A stretch of DNA of 64,000 nucleotides from an uncultured Bacilli bacterium. GTDB taxonomy: Bacteria > Bacillota_I > Bacilli_A > RF39 > UBA660. Numbering within the stretch: position 1 is the stretch's first letter; each line of letters opens with the position of its first letter. The notes beneath the pieces are model-generated. The model made no database searches. It was not told the DNA's origin and worked only from the letters and a program-made list of their open reading frames with translations. The DNA is taken from positions 6,778 through 70,777 of the forward strand of contig CALVRA010000005.1 of assembly GCA_944358415.1 (NCBI GenBank). Direction: 5' to 3'. Below, piece after piece: positions 1 through 7,815 of the stretch. The position numbers and the translations under genes are program-made.

Positions 1-1
1 A

Positions 2-280
2 AAAAAGATAAATTTAGTTCATGCGGTTTTACCATTTGACGATTCTGCCTTACTTATTAAAGATTTATTAACAATTCCAGAAGTTTCAAAGGCTTCGACT
101 AGAGTTGTCTTGGGCTTATATGGTGATTCGCAAGATTTGAATTATGACCATAGTGAAAGAGTATTAAGATCAATGATTAGAAATTTAGACTTCTTTGATT
201 ATAAAGGTGATGAAATTGATGGTACTACTGTAAAGATGGTATGGTCAACTTATCAAAAAAATATGAGAATGAGACACTAA
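2..280 (+). CDS. 3' end of a CDS that starts upstream of the window; product not recognised
   Basis: Frame 2 is open from the window edge to TAA at 278-280 (...VKMVWSTYQKNMRMRH*). A hairpin terminator follows. Confidence 0.5.
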   Translation, partial: KKINLVHAVLPFDDSALLIKDLLTIPEVSKASTRVVLGLYGDSQDLNYDHSERVLRSMIRNLDFFDYKGDEIDGTTVKMVWSTYQKNMRMRH

Positions 281-292
281 TGTCTCTTTTTT
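271..292 (+). terminator. Rho-independent terminator
   Basis: GAGACA-ctaa-TGTCTC followed by TTTTTT. Confidence 0.7.
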
Positions 293-317
293 GTTGTATA
301 ATGTTTATGGTGATAAT

Positions 318-800
318 ATGGAAAATAAATTAAAAAAAATAGTAAGTAGTTTAAAAGATAATAATAAAACAATTAGTACAATGGAATCTTGTACAGGTGG
401 AGCTATTGTAAATGCTCTTACAAATGTACCTGGCGCTAGTAATGTTTTAAAATATAGTGCGGTGACTTATTCTAATGAATTTAAGATTAAAATGGGTGTC
501 GATGCGTCAGTTATCGAAAAGTATACAGTTTATAGTAAGGAAACAGCTAGAGAGATGGCTAGAGCGATTAGTGATTTTGCTTTGAGTGATTATGGTATTG
601 GAATAACTGGAAAACTTGGTAAAAGAGATCCACATAATAAGTGTGGTGACGATAATCAGGTGTTTATGTGTCTTTACGATAGAAAAAAGAATAAATATAT
701 AGATTTTGATATTTTCGTGGATAGATATAATCGCCGTGATGATAAAAAAGAAGTTTTAGATGAAGTTGTTAATAAACTTTTAGATTATTTGGAAGATTAA
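318..800 (+). CDS. CinA-family protein, C-terminal (PncC-like nicotinamide-nucleotide amidohydrolase) domain only
   Basis: MESCTGGAIVNALTNVPGASNVLKYSAVTYSNEFK is the CinA/PncC signature. ATG at 318 chosen over the TTG at 291, which overlaps a TATAAT box. Confidence 0.8.
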   Translation: MENKLKKIVSSLKDNNKTISTMESCTGGAIVNALTNVPGASNVLKYSAVTYSNEFKIKMGVDASVIEKYTVYSKETAREMARAISDFALSDYGIGITGKLGKRDPHNKCGDDNQVFMCLYDRKKNKYIDFDIFVDRYNRRDDKKEVLDEVVNKLLDYLED

Positions 801-802
801 TT

Positions 803-1162
803 ATGTATAAAAATTTAGATTATTTATTTGAAAATTTAAGTAAGTCGAAGTTTCGCTCTAGTTTTCATTTACGTAAATATATGATTAGTTATGTTAACGA
901 AAAGGGATTAGATAAGATTAAAGAGCACGCTTATGATTTTATCAATAAGAAGTTAAAACCAGCTTATCCTAAAAACGATGGAAGACAAACAGCGATGAGT
1001 GGTCATCCTGTGTTTATAGCTCAGCACGCTACAGGAACTTGCTGCAGAGGTTGTTTAGAAAAATGGCATCATATTCCTAAAGGAAGAGAACTTACTTTAG
1101 ATGAAGTAGGTTATGTTGTAAATGTAATTATGAAATGGATAGAAAAGGAGATGGATTTTTAA
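803..1162 (+). CDS. DUF4186-family protein
   Basis: Motif ...HATGTCCRGCLEKWHHIPKGRELT... is typical of DUF4186. Starts 2 nt after the previous stop. Confidence 0.7.
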   Translation: MYKNLDYLFENLSKSKFRSSFHLRKYMISYVNEKGLDKIKEHAYDFINKKLKPAYPKNDGRQTAMSGHPVFIAQHATGTCCRGCLEKWHHIPKGRELTLDEVGYVVNVIMKWIEKEMDF

Positions 1163-1202
1163 AATTTATATACATTTTGGTTATAATATGATATAATTTT
1201 AA

Positions 1203-1217
1203 TGGTAATCATTATCA
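1203..1217 (+). promoter_or_regulatory. Fur/PerR-type 7-1-7 operator
   Basis: TGGTAATCATTATCA differs at one position from the Fur 7-1-7 consensus TGATAATNATTATCA. It lies just downstream of two TATAAT boxes (1182-1197) and upstream of the Fur-family gene. Confidence 0.6.
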
Positions 1218-1233
1218 TTAAGGGGGATGCATA

Positions 1234-1605
1234 ATGCGTGAGACACGGCAGATGAAACTTATCTTAAATTATGTAGATAATAGTTATGACCATCCAACTG
1301 CTATGGAAGTTTATGAATTTTGTAAGAAGTCTGTTTCTAATATTAGTTTAGCGACAGTTTATAGAAATTTAAATAAACTTTCTAGTTTAGGATTAATTAA
1401 GCAAATTAAAATGCCTAATAATATCGATAGGTTTGATCATGTACATGATGAACATCCACATTTTATATGTATTGAATGTGGTGAGATTACTGATTTAGAT
1501 AAGAGTTTGGATGTCAGTAAAATTGCCCCTAAGAATGTTAAGATAACCACATATGAAATAAATTTTAAAGGTGTTTGTGAAAAGTGCCAAAGGAAGGGAG
1601 AATAG
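1234..1605 (+). CDS. Fur-family transcriptional regulator, probably a peroxide-responsive PerR type
   Basis: ...HPTAMEVYEF...ISLATVYRNLNKLSSLGLI...HPHFICIECGEITDL...C..C. Co-oriented with rubrerythrin 3 nt downstream. RBS AAGGGGGA. Confidence 0.85.
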   Translation: MRETRQMKLILNYVDNSYDHPTAMEVYEFCKKSVSNISLATVYRNLNKLSSLGLIKQIKMPNNIDRFDHVHDEHPHFICIECGEITDLDKSLDVSKIAPKNVKITTYEINFKGVCEKCQRKGE

Positions 1606-1608
1606 GAT

Positions 1609-2163
1609 ATGGAATTAAAAGGAACAAAAACTGAAAAGAATTTATTAACTGCTTTTGCAGGAGAAAGCCAAGCTAGAAATAAGTATACTTATTTTGCTGC
1701 AACAGCTAGAAAAGAAGGTTATCAACAAATTGCTGCTATTTTTGAAGAAACTGCTAATAACGAAAAAGAACATGCTAAAATGTGGTTAAAAGCTTTATTT
1801 GGTGGTGAAATTAAAGATAGTTTAAAAGTTGATACTATGGAAGCTTTAAAATTAGCTGCTGAAGGTGAAAATTACGAATGGACTGAAATGTATGCTGATA
1901 TGGCTAAAGATGCTAAAGAAGAAGGTTTTGATAAATTAGCTTACTTATTTGAAGAAGTAGGTAAAATTGAAAAGACTCACGAAGAAAGATATAACAAATT
2001 ATTAGAAGCTGTTAAAGAAGAAAAAGTATTTAAGAGTGAAACTCCTAAGATGTGGGTTTGCCGTAACTGTGGTCATGTTCACTATGGTGAAACTGCTCCA
2101 ATGGTATGTCCAGTATGTGCTCATCCACAATCATATTTTGAAATTAAAGCTGAAAATTATTAA
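1609..2163 (+). CDS. rbr: Rubrerythrin
   Basis: Diiron ferritin-like N-domain (ESQARNKY...EKEHAKMW...EGENYEW...EKTHEERY) plus C-terminal rubredoxin CRNCG...CPVC. Confidence 0.95.
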   Translation: MELKGTKTEKNLLTAFAGESQARNKYTYFAATARKEGYQQIAAIFEETANNEKEHAKMWLKALFGGEIKDSLKVDTMEALKLAAEGENYEWTEMYADMAKDAKEEGFDKLAYLFEEVGKIEKTHEERYNKLLEAVKEEKVFKSETPKMWVCRNCGHVHYGETAPMVCPVCAHPQSYFEIKAENY

Positions 2164-2166
2164 GAA

Positions 2167-2199
2167 AAAAGAATTGCTGAATATAATAGCAATTCTTTT
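2167..2199. terminator. Bidirectional hairpin terminator between rbr and tRNA-Lys
   Basis: AAAAGAATTGCT-gaatataat-AGCAATTCTTTT. Confidence 0.7.
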
Positions 2200-2211
2200 A
2201 ATATACTTAAA

Positions 2212-2287
2212 TGGTGTCCCCTTAGGGATTCGAACCCTAGACCCACTGATTAAGAGTCAGTTGCTCTACCAACTGAGCTAAGGAGAC
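2212..2287 (-). tRNA. tRNA-Lys (anticodon CTT)
   Basis: The reverse complement folds as a cloverleaf: GTCTCCT acceptor, anticodon loop CTCTTAA, TTCGAAT T-loop, encoded CCA. Confidence 0.9.
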
Positions 2288-2409
2288 AAGTTCTTAATAA
2301 GTATAACACAAAATAGTATGTAAATTCAATAGTTATTTTTTGATTATGTGTTTAAATTCGACATGTTTATATATTTAATTAAGTGTATAATAGTTTAAGG
2401 GTGAGAAAT

Positions 2410-3777
2410 ATGCGGAAGAAAAGTGTAATAGTTATATTGTTATTTATTTTTATGGCTTTAACTTTGTTTGGAATATTTTATAATAATCCAAAAGATGAAA
2501 AGAAAGTTAATTTAAAAGAAAAAACAAATACGTTAAATGCGATGGTTATTAATAAAGAAAAGGGTAAAATAACTGTTCAGGATAGTGACAATATTATTTA
2601 TACTTTTAATTTAGATGCCGATTTTAATATTGGTGATACAGTTCAAATTGAATATGATGGTGATTTAGATAAAAATAAGGAACTACAAGATATTATAATT
2701 AAAGATTATGAAGTAATGTATGACTATAATGATAAAAGTGGAATTCCTAAATTATGGTTAGATGATGGCTTATTTAAAAAATATTATGAAAAAGCTTATG
2801 AGAAATTAGAAAATATGACTTTAGATGAGAAGATTGCTCAAATATTGTTGGTGAGGTATCCTGATGATGGCTTAGGGGTTTTGAAAAATAATCAATTTGG
2901 TGGTTATGTGTTTTATGCGAAAGATTTTAAAGATAAAACTTATGATGAAGTAAAAACAATGATGAGTGATTTACAAGGTGTTTCTAAAATTCCTATTTTA
3001 ACAGCTGTTGATGAGGAAGGTGGTAGAGTTGTTAGGGTGAGTAGTAATCCTAATTTAGCAAGCATTCCTTTTAAATCATCTAGAGAGTTATATTTGGAAG
3101 GTGGATTTAATAGAATTAAGGAAGATACAATTCAAAAGAGTAAACTTTTATATGATTTAGGAATTAATCTTAATTTAGCGCCCGTTATAGATGTGTCTAC
3201 TAATTCTAATGATTATATGTATTCTAGGTCTTTAGGTGAGGATAGCGATACTACTTCAGAATATGCGAAAACAGTTATTTCGGCTAGTCATGGGTTAGGT
3301 GTTTCTTATACTTTGAAGCATTTTCCTGGTTATGGTAATAATTTAGATACTCATGAAGATGTAGTTATTGATAAGCGGAGTTATGAAGATATATTAAAAA
3401 ATGATTTACCGCCTTTTAAAGCTGGTATTGAAGAGGGAGCAGAAGCCGTATTAGTTAGTCATAATATAGTAAGTAGTGTGGATTTAGAAAATCCTTCTTC
3501 GCTTTCTTCTAGTATTCATAATTTACTTAGAAATGAGCTCAAATTTACGGGAATAATTATTACTGATGATTTAGCTATGGGAGCGACTAAAGATATTGAA
3601 AATTCGACAGTGGAAGCTATTTTGAGTGGTAATGATTTAATTATTACTACCGACTTTGAAGATAGTATGAATTCGGTTAAAGAAGCAATTAATAATGGCA
3701 TTCTCAATGAGAGTTTAATTGATAAACTTGCGTTTAGAGTAATTGCTTTTAAATATTATAAAGGGTTAATCTTTTAA
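2410..3777 (+). CDS. Glycoside hydrolase family 3 (beta-N-acetylhexosaminidase, NagZ-like) with N-terminal membrane anchor
   Basis: ...AVDEEGGRVVR...KHFPGYGNNLDTHE...ITDDLAMGA... GH3 motifs. ATG at 2410 follows RBS AAGGGTGAG. Confidence 0.85.
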   Translation: MRKKSVIVILLFIFMALTLFGIFYNNPKDEKKVNLKEKTNTLNAMVINKEKGKITVQDSDNIIYTFNLDADFNIGDTVQIEYDGDLDKNKELQDIIIKDYEVMYDYNDKSGIPKLWLDDGLFKKYYEKAYEKLENMTLDEKIAQILLVRYPDDGLGVLKNNQFGGYVFYAKDFKDKTYDEVKTMMSDLQGVSKIPILTAVDEEGGRVVRVSSNPNLASIPFKSSRELYLEGGFNRIKEDTIQKSKLLYDLGINLNLAPVIDVSTNSNDYMYSRSLGEDSDTTSEYAKTVISASHGLGVSYTLKHFPGYGNNLDTHEDVVIDKRSYEDILKNDLPPFKAGIEEGAEAVLVSHNIVSSVDLENPSSLSSSIHNLLRNELKFTGIIITDDLAMGATKDIENSTVEAILSGNDLIITTDFEDSMNSVKEAINNGILNESLIDKLAFRVIAFKYYKGLIF

Positions 3778-3891
3778 AAAAATTTAATTTTACATTGATT
3801 TGTGATATACTTTTTTGATACGAGGGAATATTAAAAATTATTATAGTTAACGCTATATTAAATTAAAGAGTGTTTGAAAAGGAGAAATAAA

Positions 3892-4509
3892 ATGCTTAAA
3901 AAAGTTGGTGAAAGCGATTGTGTAAGTATTAATTATACTGGTTTTGAAAGAGTATTTGTGGATTTATTTAAAAGGTTTTCTAAAAAGGGACTACCTCTTG
4001 ATGAACTTAATTATAATTTATTAGAAAAGCTTGTTGAATTTGTAAAAGGTGATTATAAGCAGTCTTGTTTAGTTTGTAATGAGATGTTAGAGATGTATGA
4101 AAATGGTGAAGTTAATAATATTAAATATGCATTATTTAAAGATTTTAATATTATTAATATGAAGTCAAAAAAACTTTTTAATAAGTATGAGCCTTTCTTT
4201 AATGTTTTTGATGATATTCAAGCTGAAGAATTTTTTAGTAAATTAGATTATTATATGTCTTTTATGTTTTATGTAATTCATAATACATATTTTAGTGATG
4301 AGAAAAAACAAAGCAAATATTTAAATCAAATTATTAATAATTTAAATGAAATAAGTCAGCTTGGCATTAATAAGATATATTTAGATTTTTATCCTAATGA
4401 CACTTTTGAAAAAGTTCAACTTTATTATCAACCAGAAGGATTTATTAAGGATGAATCAGGCGACGCGTTTTTTATAGAGAAGAGAATGTTTATTCTAATG
4501 TTTCTTTAA
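3892..4509 (+). CDS. Hypothetical protein; probably the 5' part of a gene split by a frameshift
   Basis: ATG at 3892 after RBS AAAGGAGAA. The frame ends at TAA 4507-4509, shortly after a T6 run (4468-4473). Confidence 0.55.
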   Translation: MLKKVGESDCVSINYTGFERVFVDLFKRFSKKGLPLDELNYNLLEKLVEFVKGDYKQSCLVCNEMLEMYENGEVNNIKYALFKDFNIINMKSKKLFNKYEPFFNVFDDIQAEEFFSKLDYYMSFMFYVIHNTYFSDEKKQSKYLNQIINNLNEISQLGINKIYLDFYPNDTFEKVQLYYQPEGFIKDESGDAFFIEKRMFILMFL

Positions 4510-4595
4510 AAAGTGAATTAAAAACAGATTGTGTAGATATTACTTTTTATCATCCTGATTTTATTATAAAAGGTTCTAGGATAATTGGTTTTAGT

Positions 4596-4964
4596 TTGGA
4601 AAAGAGTGGTAATTTTGATTCTAAAGAGTGGGAAATGACAATTTATAATATGAATTTTAATTCTGCTTCTTTGCCGACTTTGGAAAAATTAGAAAATACG
4701 ATGTCTGATTTAAATGATTATCAAGATCTTATGCATATGGAAAAGTTAAGACTATTTAGAGCTAAACTTAAAGAGTTATCTAAAAAAGTAAGTGATTTAA
4801 GATTAAGTTCAGAAGATTTAATTTGTTTAGCTGATGAATTAAATTTACGTGGTAGATTTAATTATGAAGCTACTCCTTTGTTTACTGATGAGGAATTATT
4901 GATGATGAGTATTGCAGAAAATGAGAATAAAAACAAGATAAAAATAAAATGCTTCGAAAGATAA
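4596..4964 (+). CDS. Hypothetical protein; probably the 3' part of the same split gene
   Basis: This frame is open from 4455 with no RBS before the TTG at 4596. It joins the upstream ORF if the T run had 7 T. Confidence 0.5.
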   Translation: MEKSGNFDSKEWEMTIYNMNFNSASLPTLEKLENTMSDLNDYQDLMHMEKLRLFRAKLKELSKKVSDLRLSSEDLICLADELNLRGRFNYEATPLFTDEELLMMSIAENENKNKIKIKCFER

Positions 4965-5197
4965 AATAATGATTTTTCTATTATTTTACTTATTGTGTCA
5001 TAAAGTGAAAATAAAAGAATATCTTTACTTTTTTTCATATTATTTATGTGGTAGATAATTAATTTTAGATTTTTTTTACATTTAAAATTCATTTAAGTTT
5101 TTTAAAACATTTTTCATTTTAGTGTTGATATTGATAATTATTTATGTTAGAATATAGAAGAAATTTGAGTGATTGTGAAAAAAAACTGAAAAAACAC

Positions 5198-5226
5198 TTG
5201 TCAAATTTCATAAAATAATGTACAAT
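5198..5226 (+). promoter_or_regulatory. Sigma-A-type promoter of the tRNA/T-box/gatCAB unit
   Basis: TTGTCA, 17-nt spacer, TACAAT, located 20 nt upstream of tRNA-Ile. Confidence 0.65.
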
Positions 5227-5246
5227 GATAAAGTCGAATGAGAAAT

Positions 5247-5323
<77 letters not shown>

Positions 5324-5331
5324 TTTTGTTT

Positions 5332-5407
5332 GGCCCGTTGGTGAAGCGGTTAACACACATGCCTTTCACGCATGCATTCATGGGTTCAAATCCCGTACGG
5401 GTCACCA
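5332..5407 (+). tRNA. tRNA-Glu (anticodon TTC)
   Basis: GGCCCGT acceptor, anticodon loop CTTTCAC, TTCAAAT T-loop, encoded CCA. Confidence 0.95.
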
Positions 5408-5436
5408 ATTTTGTTAATTAATATTTTATATAAATA

Positions 5437-5689
5437 CTGTGAAGTGGAGAAGTAATATAGGAGACTATTTAAAGAGAGCCAGCGATGGTGAAAGTCTGGT
5501 AATAAGCCTTATATGAATAACACCACAGAGTTACTTGTTTGAAATTTTAAGTAAAATAAGTCGGCTGTAATCCGTTACCATATTATATGTTTCAAAAGAT
5601 GGAAACTATAGAGTGATCACGTAAGTGATAAATAAGGTGGTACCGCGAATTGCAGTTATTCGTCCTTAAGGATGTATAACTGTTTTTTG
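5437..5689 (+). promoter_or_regulatory. T-box riboswitch leader with Asn (AAC) specifier
   Basis: Stem I closes with CTGTG/CACAG. It has an AGAGAG bulge (5473-5478), a GGTGAAAG distal loop and a specifier loop GAATAACA with AAC at 5519-5521. T-box sequence AAATAAGGTGGTACCGCG at 5630-5647. Terminator CAGTTAT...ATAACTG plus T6 at 5653-5688. Confidence 0.85.
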
Positions 5690-5696
5690 TATAAAT

Positions 5697-5772
5697 GCCT
5701 GATTAGCTCAGTCGGTAGAGCAAACGGCTGTTAACCGTTGGGTCGTAGGTTCGAGTCCTACATCAGGCGCCA
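5697..5772 (+). tRNA. tRNA-Asn (anticodon GTT), copy 1
   Basis: GCCTGAT acceptor, loop CTGTTAA, TTCGAGT T-loop, ATCAGGC-G-CCA 3' end. Confidence 0.95.
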
Positions 5773-5778
5773 TTATTT

Positions 5779-5854
5779 GCCCAATTAGCTCAGTTGGTAG
5801 AGCAAACGGCTGTTAACCGTTGGGTCGTAGGTTCGAGTCCTACATTGGGCGCCA
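5779..5854 (+). tRNA. tRNA-Asn (anticodon GTT), copy 2 (acceptor variant GCCCAAT/ATTGGGC)
   Basis: Same cloverleaf as copy 1, with compensatory changes at pairs 4-69 and 5-68 and a D-loop AGTTGG. Confidence 0.95.
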
Positions 5855-5862
5855 CTTTATTT

Positions 5863-5938
5863 GCCTGATTAGCTCAGTCGGTAGAGCAAACGGCTGTTAA
5901 CCGTTGGGTCGTAGGTTCGAGTCCTACATCAGGCGCCA
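5863..5938 (+). tRNA. tRNA-Asn (anticodon GTT), copy 3 (identical to copy 1)
   Basis: Sequence identical to 5697-5772. Confidence 0.95.
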
Positions 5939-5946
5939 CTTTATTT

Positions 5947-6022
5947 GCCTAATTAGCTCAGTTGGTAGAGCAAACGGCTGTTAACCGTTGGGTCGTAGGT
6001 TCGAGTCCTACATTAGGCGCCA
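5947..6022 (+). tRNA. tRNA-Asn (anticodon GTT), copy 4 (acceptor variant GCCTAAT/ATTAGGC)
   Basis: Same cloverleaf as copy 1. Followed by a T8 run at 6025-6032. Confidence 0.95.
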
Positions 6023-6056
6023 TCTTTTTTTTGTATATTTTAATGGAGGCGATATT

Positions 6057-6356
6057 ATGCAGAAATTTACTAAAGAAATGGTTGATGATTATGCAGATAA
6101 GTTATTAATAGGTCTTACTGAAGAAGAGAATAAAATGGTTTTAGATGAGTTTGAAATTATTGATAAAACAATTGATATTATTAATAAAATTCCAAATATA
6201 GAAAATGTGAAGCCAATGACACATGCTTTAGATAATTTTGAATATGAACTTCGTGAGGATGTGCCTGAGGAGTCTATTGCAATAGAAGATTTGCTTGCAA
6301 ACTGTGATGATAGTACAGTGGATGGTGAAGTTGAAGTACCAAGGATGGTGGGATAA
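6057..6356 (+). CDS. gatC: Asp/Glu-tRNA amidotransferase subunit C
   Basis: MQKFTKEMVDDYADKLLIGLTEEE...PMTHAL... ATG at 6057 follows RBS GGAGG. The longer ORF from 5988 runs through tRNA-Asn copy 4. Confidence 0.9.
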   Translation: MQKFTKEMVDDYADKLLIGLTEEENKMVLDEFEIIDKTIDIINKIPNIENVKPMTHALDNFEYELREDVPEESIAIEDLLANCDDSTVDGEVEVPRMVG

Positions 6357-6357
6357 T

Positions 6358-7815
6358 ATGAGTTATATGGATAAAACGATTGAAGAAGTGCATGAGGCTT
6401 TAGTTAAAGGTGAAGTTACTAGTAAAGATTTAATTAAAGAAGCTTTAGAAAAATCTCATGAGGTGCAGGAAAAATGTAATGCATTTGTAACAATTATGGA
6501 TGATGTTAAAGAGGAAAAAGTTACAGATGAACTTTTATCTGGCATTCCTTATGGTATTAAAGATAACTATAGTACTAAAGGTATTTTAAGTACGGGATCA
6601 TCTAATACTTTAAAAGATTATGTACCATTTTTTACAGCAACAGCTATTGATAATTTAGCTAAAAAAGGAGCCGTTGCTGTTAATAAAACTGTTTTAGATG
6701 AGTTTGGTATGGGTGGAACTGGAACGACTGGTCATACTGGTATAGTTACTAATCCATGGGATAAGACTAGAATGTGTGCAGGTTCATCAGCTGGTAGTGC
6801 GGCTGCTGTTGCGGCTGGTGTTTATCCTTATGCGACTGGTAGTGATACAGGAGATTCTATTAGAAAACCAGCAGCTTACTGTGGAATTGTTGGATATAAA
6901 CCAACTTATGGCATGATATCGCGTTACGGTTTATTTCCATTTGCTAGTAGTTTAGATCACTGCGGAGCTTTAACAAGAAGTGTTAAAGATGCAGCAATTG
7001 TGGTAGATGGAATGAAAGGTATAGATAAATATGATATGACTTCATGGGATTCTTCTAATATGCATTTATATGAATCTATAGATGGTAAGGTTAAAGGTAA
7101 GAAGCTTTGTTATATTAAAGAGCTATGTGATATTAATATGTATCCTAATGCGGACGCGGAACTTAAAGCTCATTTAGAAAACTTTATGAAGACTATAGAA
7201 AAATGTAAGAATCTTGGTATGGAAGTTACTGAGGAGTCTGTCGATATGACTTTACTTAGTGCAATTCCTTCAGTATATGTTGTTATATCATGTGCAGAAG
7301 CAACAAGTAATATGAGTAATTTAACAGGATTTATTTTTGGCCCTAGAGCAGAGGGTGATAAGTGGGATACTGAGATGAAAAATTATAGAACTAAAGGTTT
7401 TTCACCACTTATTAAAAGAAGATTTGTTATTGGTTCTTATGTACTGCAAGCAGAGAATAAAGATAGATATTTCCACAATGCTCAAAGAGTTAGAAGACTT
7501 GTCGTTGACAAGTGGAATGAGCTTTTTGAAAAATATGATGCAGTTATTTTACCAGTGGGATCAGGTCCTGCAAAAAAATTAGAAGGTTCTAAAGATGCTT
7601 TGGATAAAAACACAGCTATTTTAGAGGATCATTTACAAATTGGTAATTTTGGAGGTTTTCCTTCTATTACAATTCCAAATGGTTTTGTTTCTAATTTACC
7701 AGTTGGAGTTAATATTACAGGTAAATGTTATGATGATATAAATGTTTTAAATATTGCTTATGCATTAGAGAGTTCTATGGGGTATAAAAATCAAATAGCG
7801 AGGGAGGTTAAATAA
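6358..7815 (+). CDS. gatA: Asp/Glu-tRNA amidotransferase subunit A
   Basis: Amidase signature ...GGSSAGSAAAVAAG...GSDTGDSIRKPAA... ATG lies 1 nt after the gatC stop. Confidence 0.95.
   Translation: MSYMDKTIEEVHEALVKGEVTSKDLIKEALEKSHEVQEKCNAFVTIMDDVKEEKVTDELLSGIPYGIKDNYSTKGILSTGSSNTLKDYVPFFTATAIDNLAKKGAVAVNKTVLDEFGMGGTGTTGHTGIVTNPWDKTRMCAGSSAGSAAAVAAGVYPYATGSDTGDSIRKPAAYCGIVGYKPTYGMISRYGLFPFASSLDHCGALTRSVKDAAIVVDGMKGIDKYDMTSWDSSNMHLYESIDGKVKGKKLCYIKELCDINMYPNADAELKAHLENFMKTIEKCKNLGMEVTEESVDMTLLSAIPSVYVVISCAEATSNMSNLTGFIFGPRAEGDKWDTEMKNYRTKGFSPLIKRRFVIGSYVLQAENKDRYFHNAQRVRRLVVDKWNELFEKYDAVILPVGSGPAKKLEGSKDALDKNTAILEDHLQIGNFGGFPSITIPNGFVSNLPVGVNITGKCYDDINVLNIAYALESSMGYKNQIAREVK

Noticed and set aside
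2036-2281. 81-aa ORF overlapping the 3' end of rbr and running antisense across tRNA-Lys
   Set aside because: It lies out of frame inside a well-supported rubrerythrin gene and covers a terminator and a tRNA. It has no RBS and is almost certainly spurious.
4862-5092. 76-aa minus-strand ORF downstream of the split hypothetical gene
   Set aside because: It overlaps the 3' end of the plus-strand ORF and an AT-rich intergenic region. It has no convincing RBS and a low-complexity sequence.
5697-6022. Regular 82-84-bp periodic repeat that could be mistaken for a CRISPR-like array
   Set aside because: Each repeat is a complete tRNA-Asn cloverleaf with encoded CCA. The 6-8-nt spacers are far too short for CRISPR spacers.
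5988-6056. N-terminal extension of the gatC ORF (MGRRFESYIRRHLFF...)
   Set aside because: The extension is translated from tRNA-Asn copy 4 and its T-run. The real start is the ATG at 6057, behind GGAGG.
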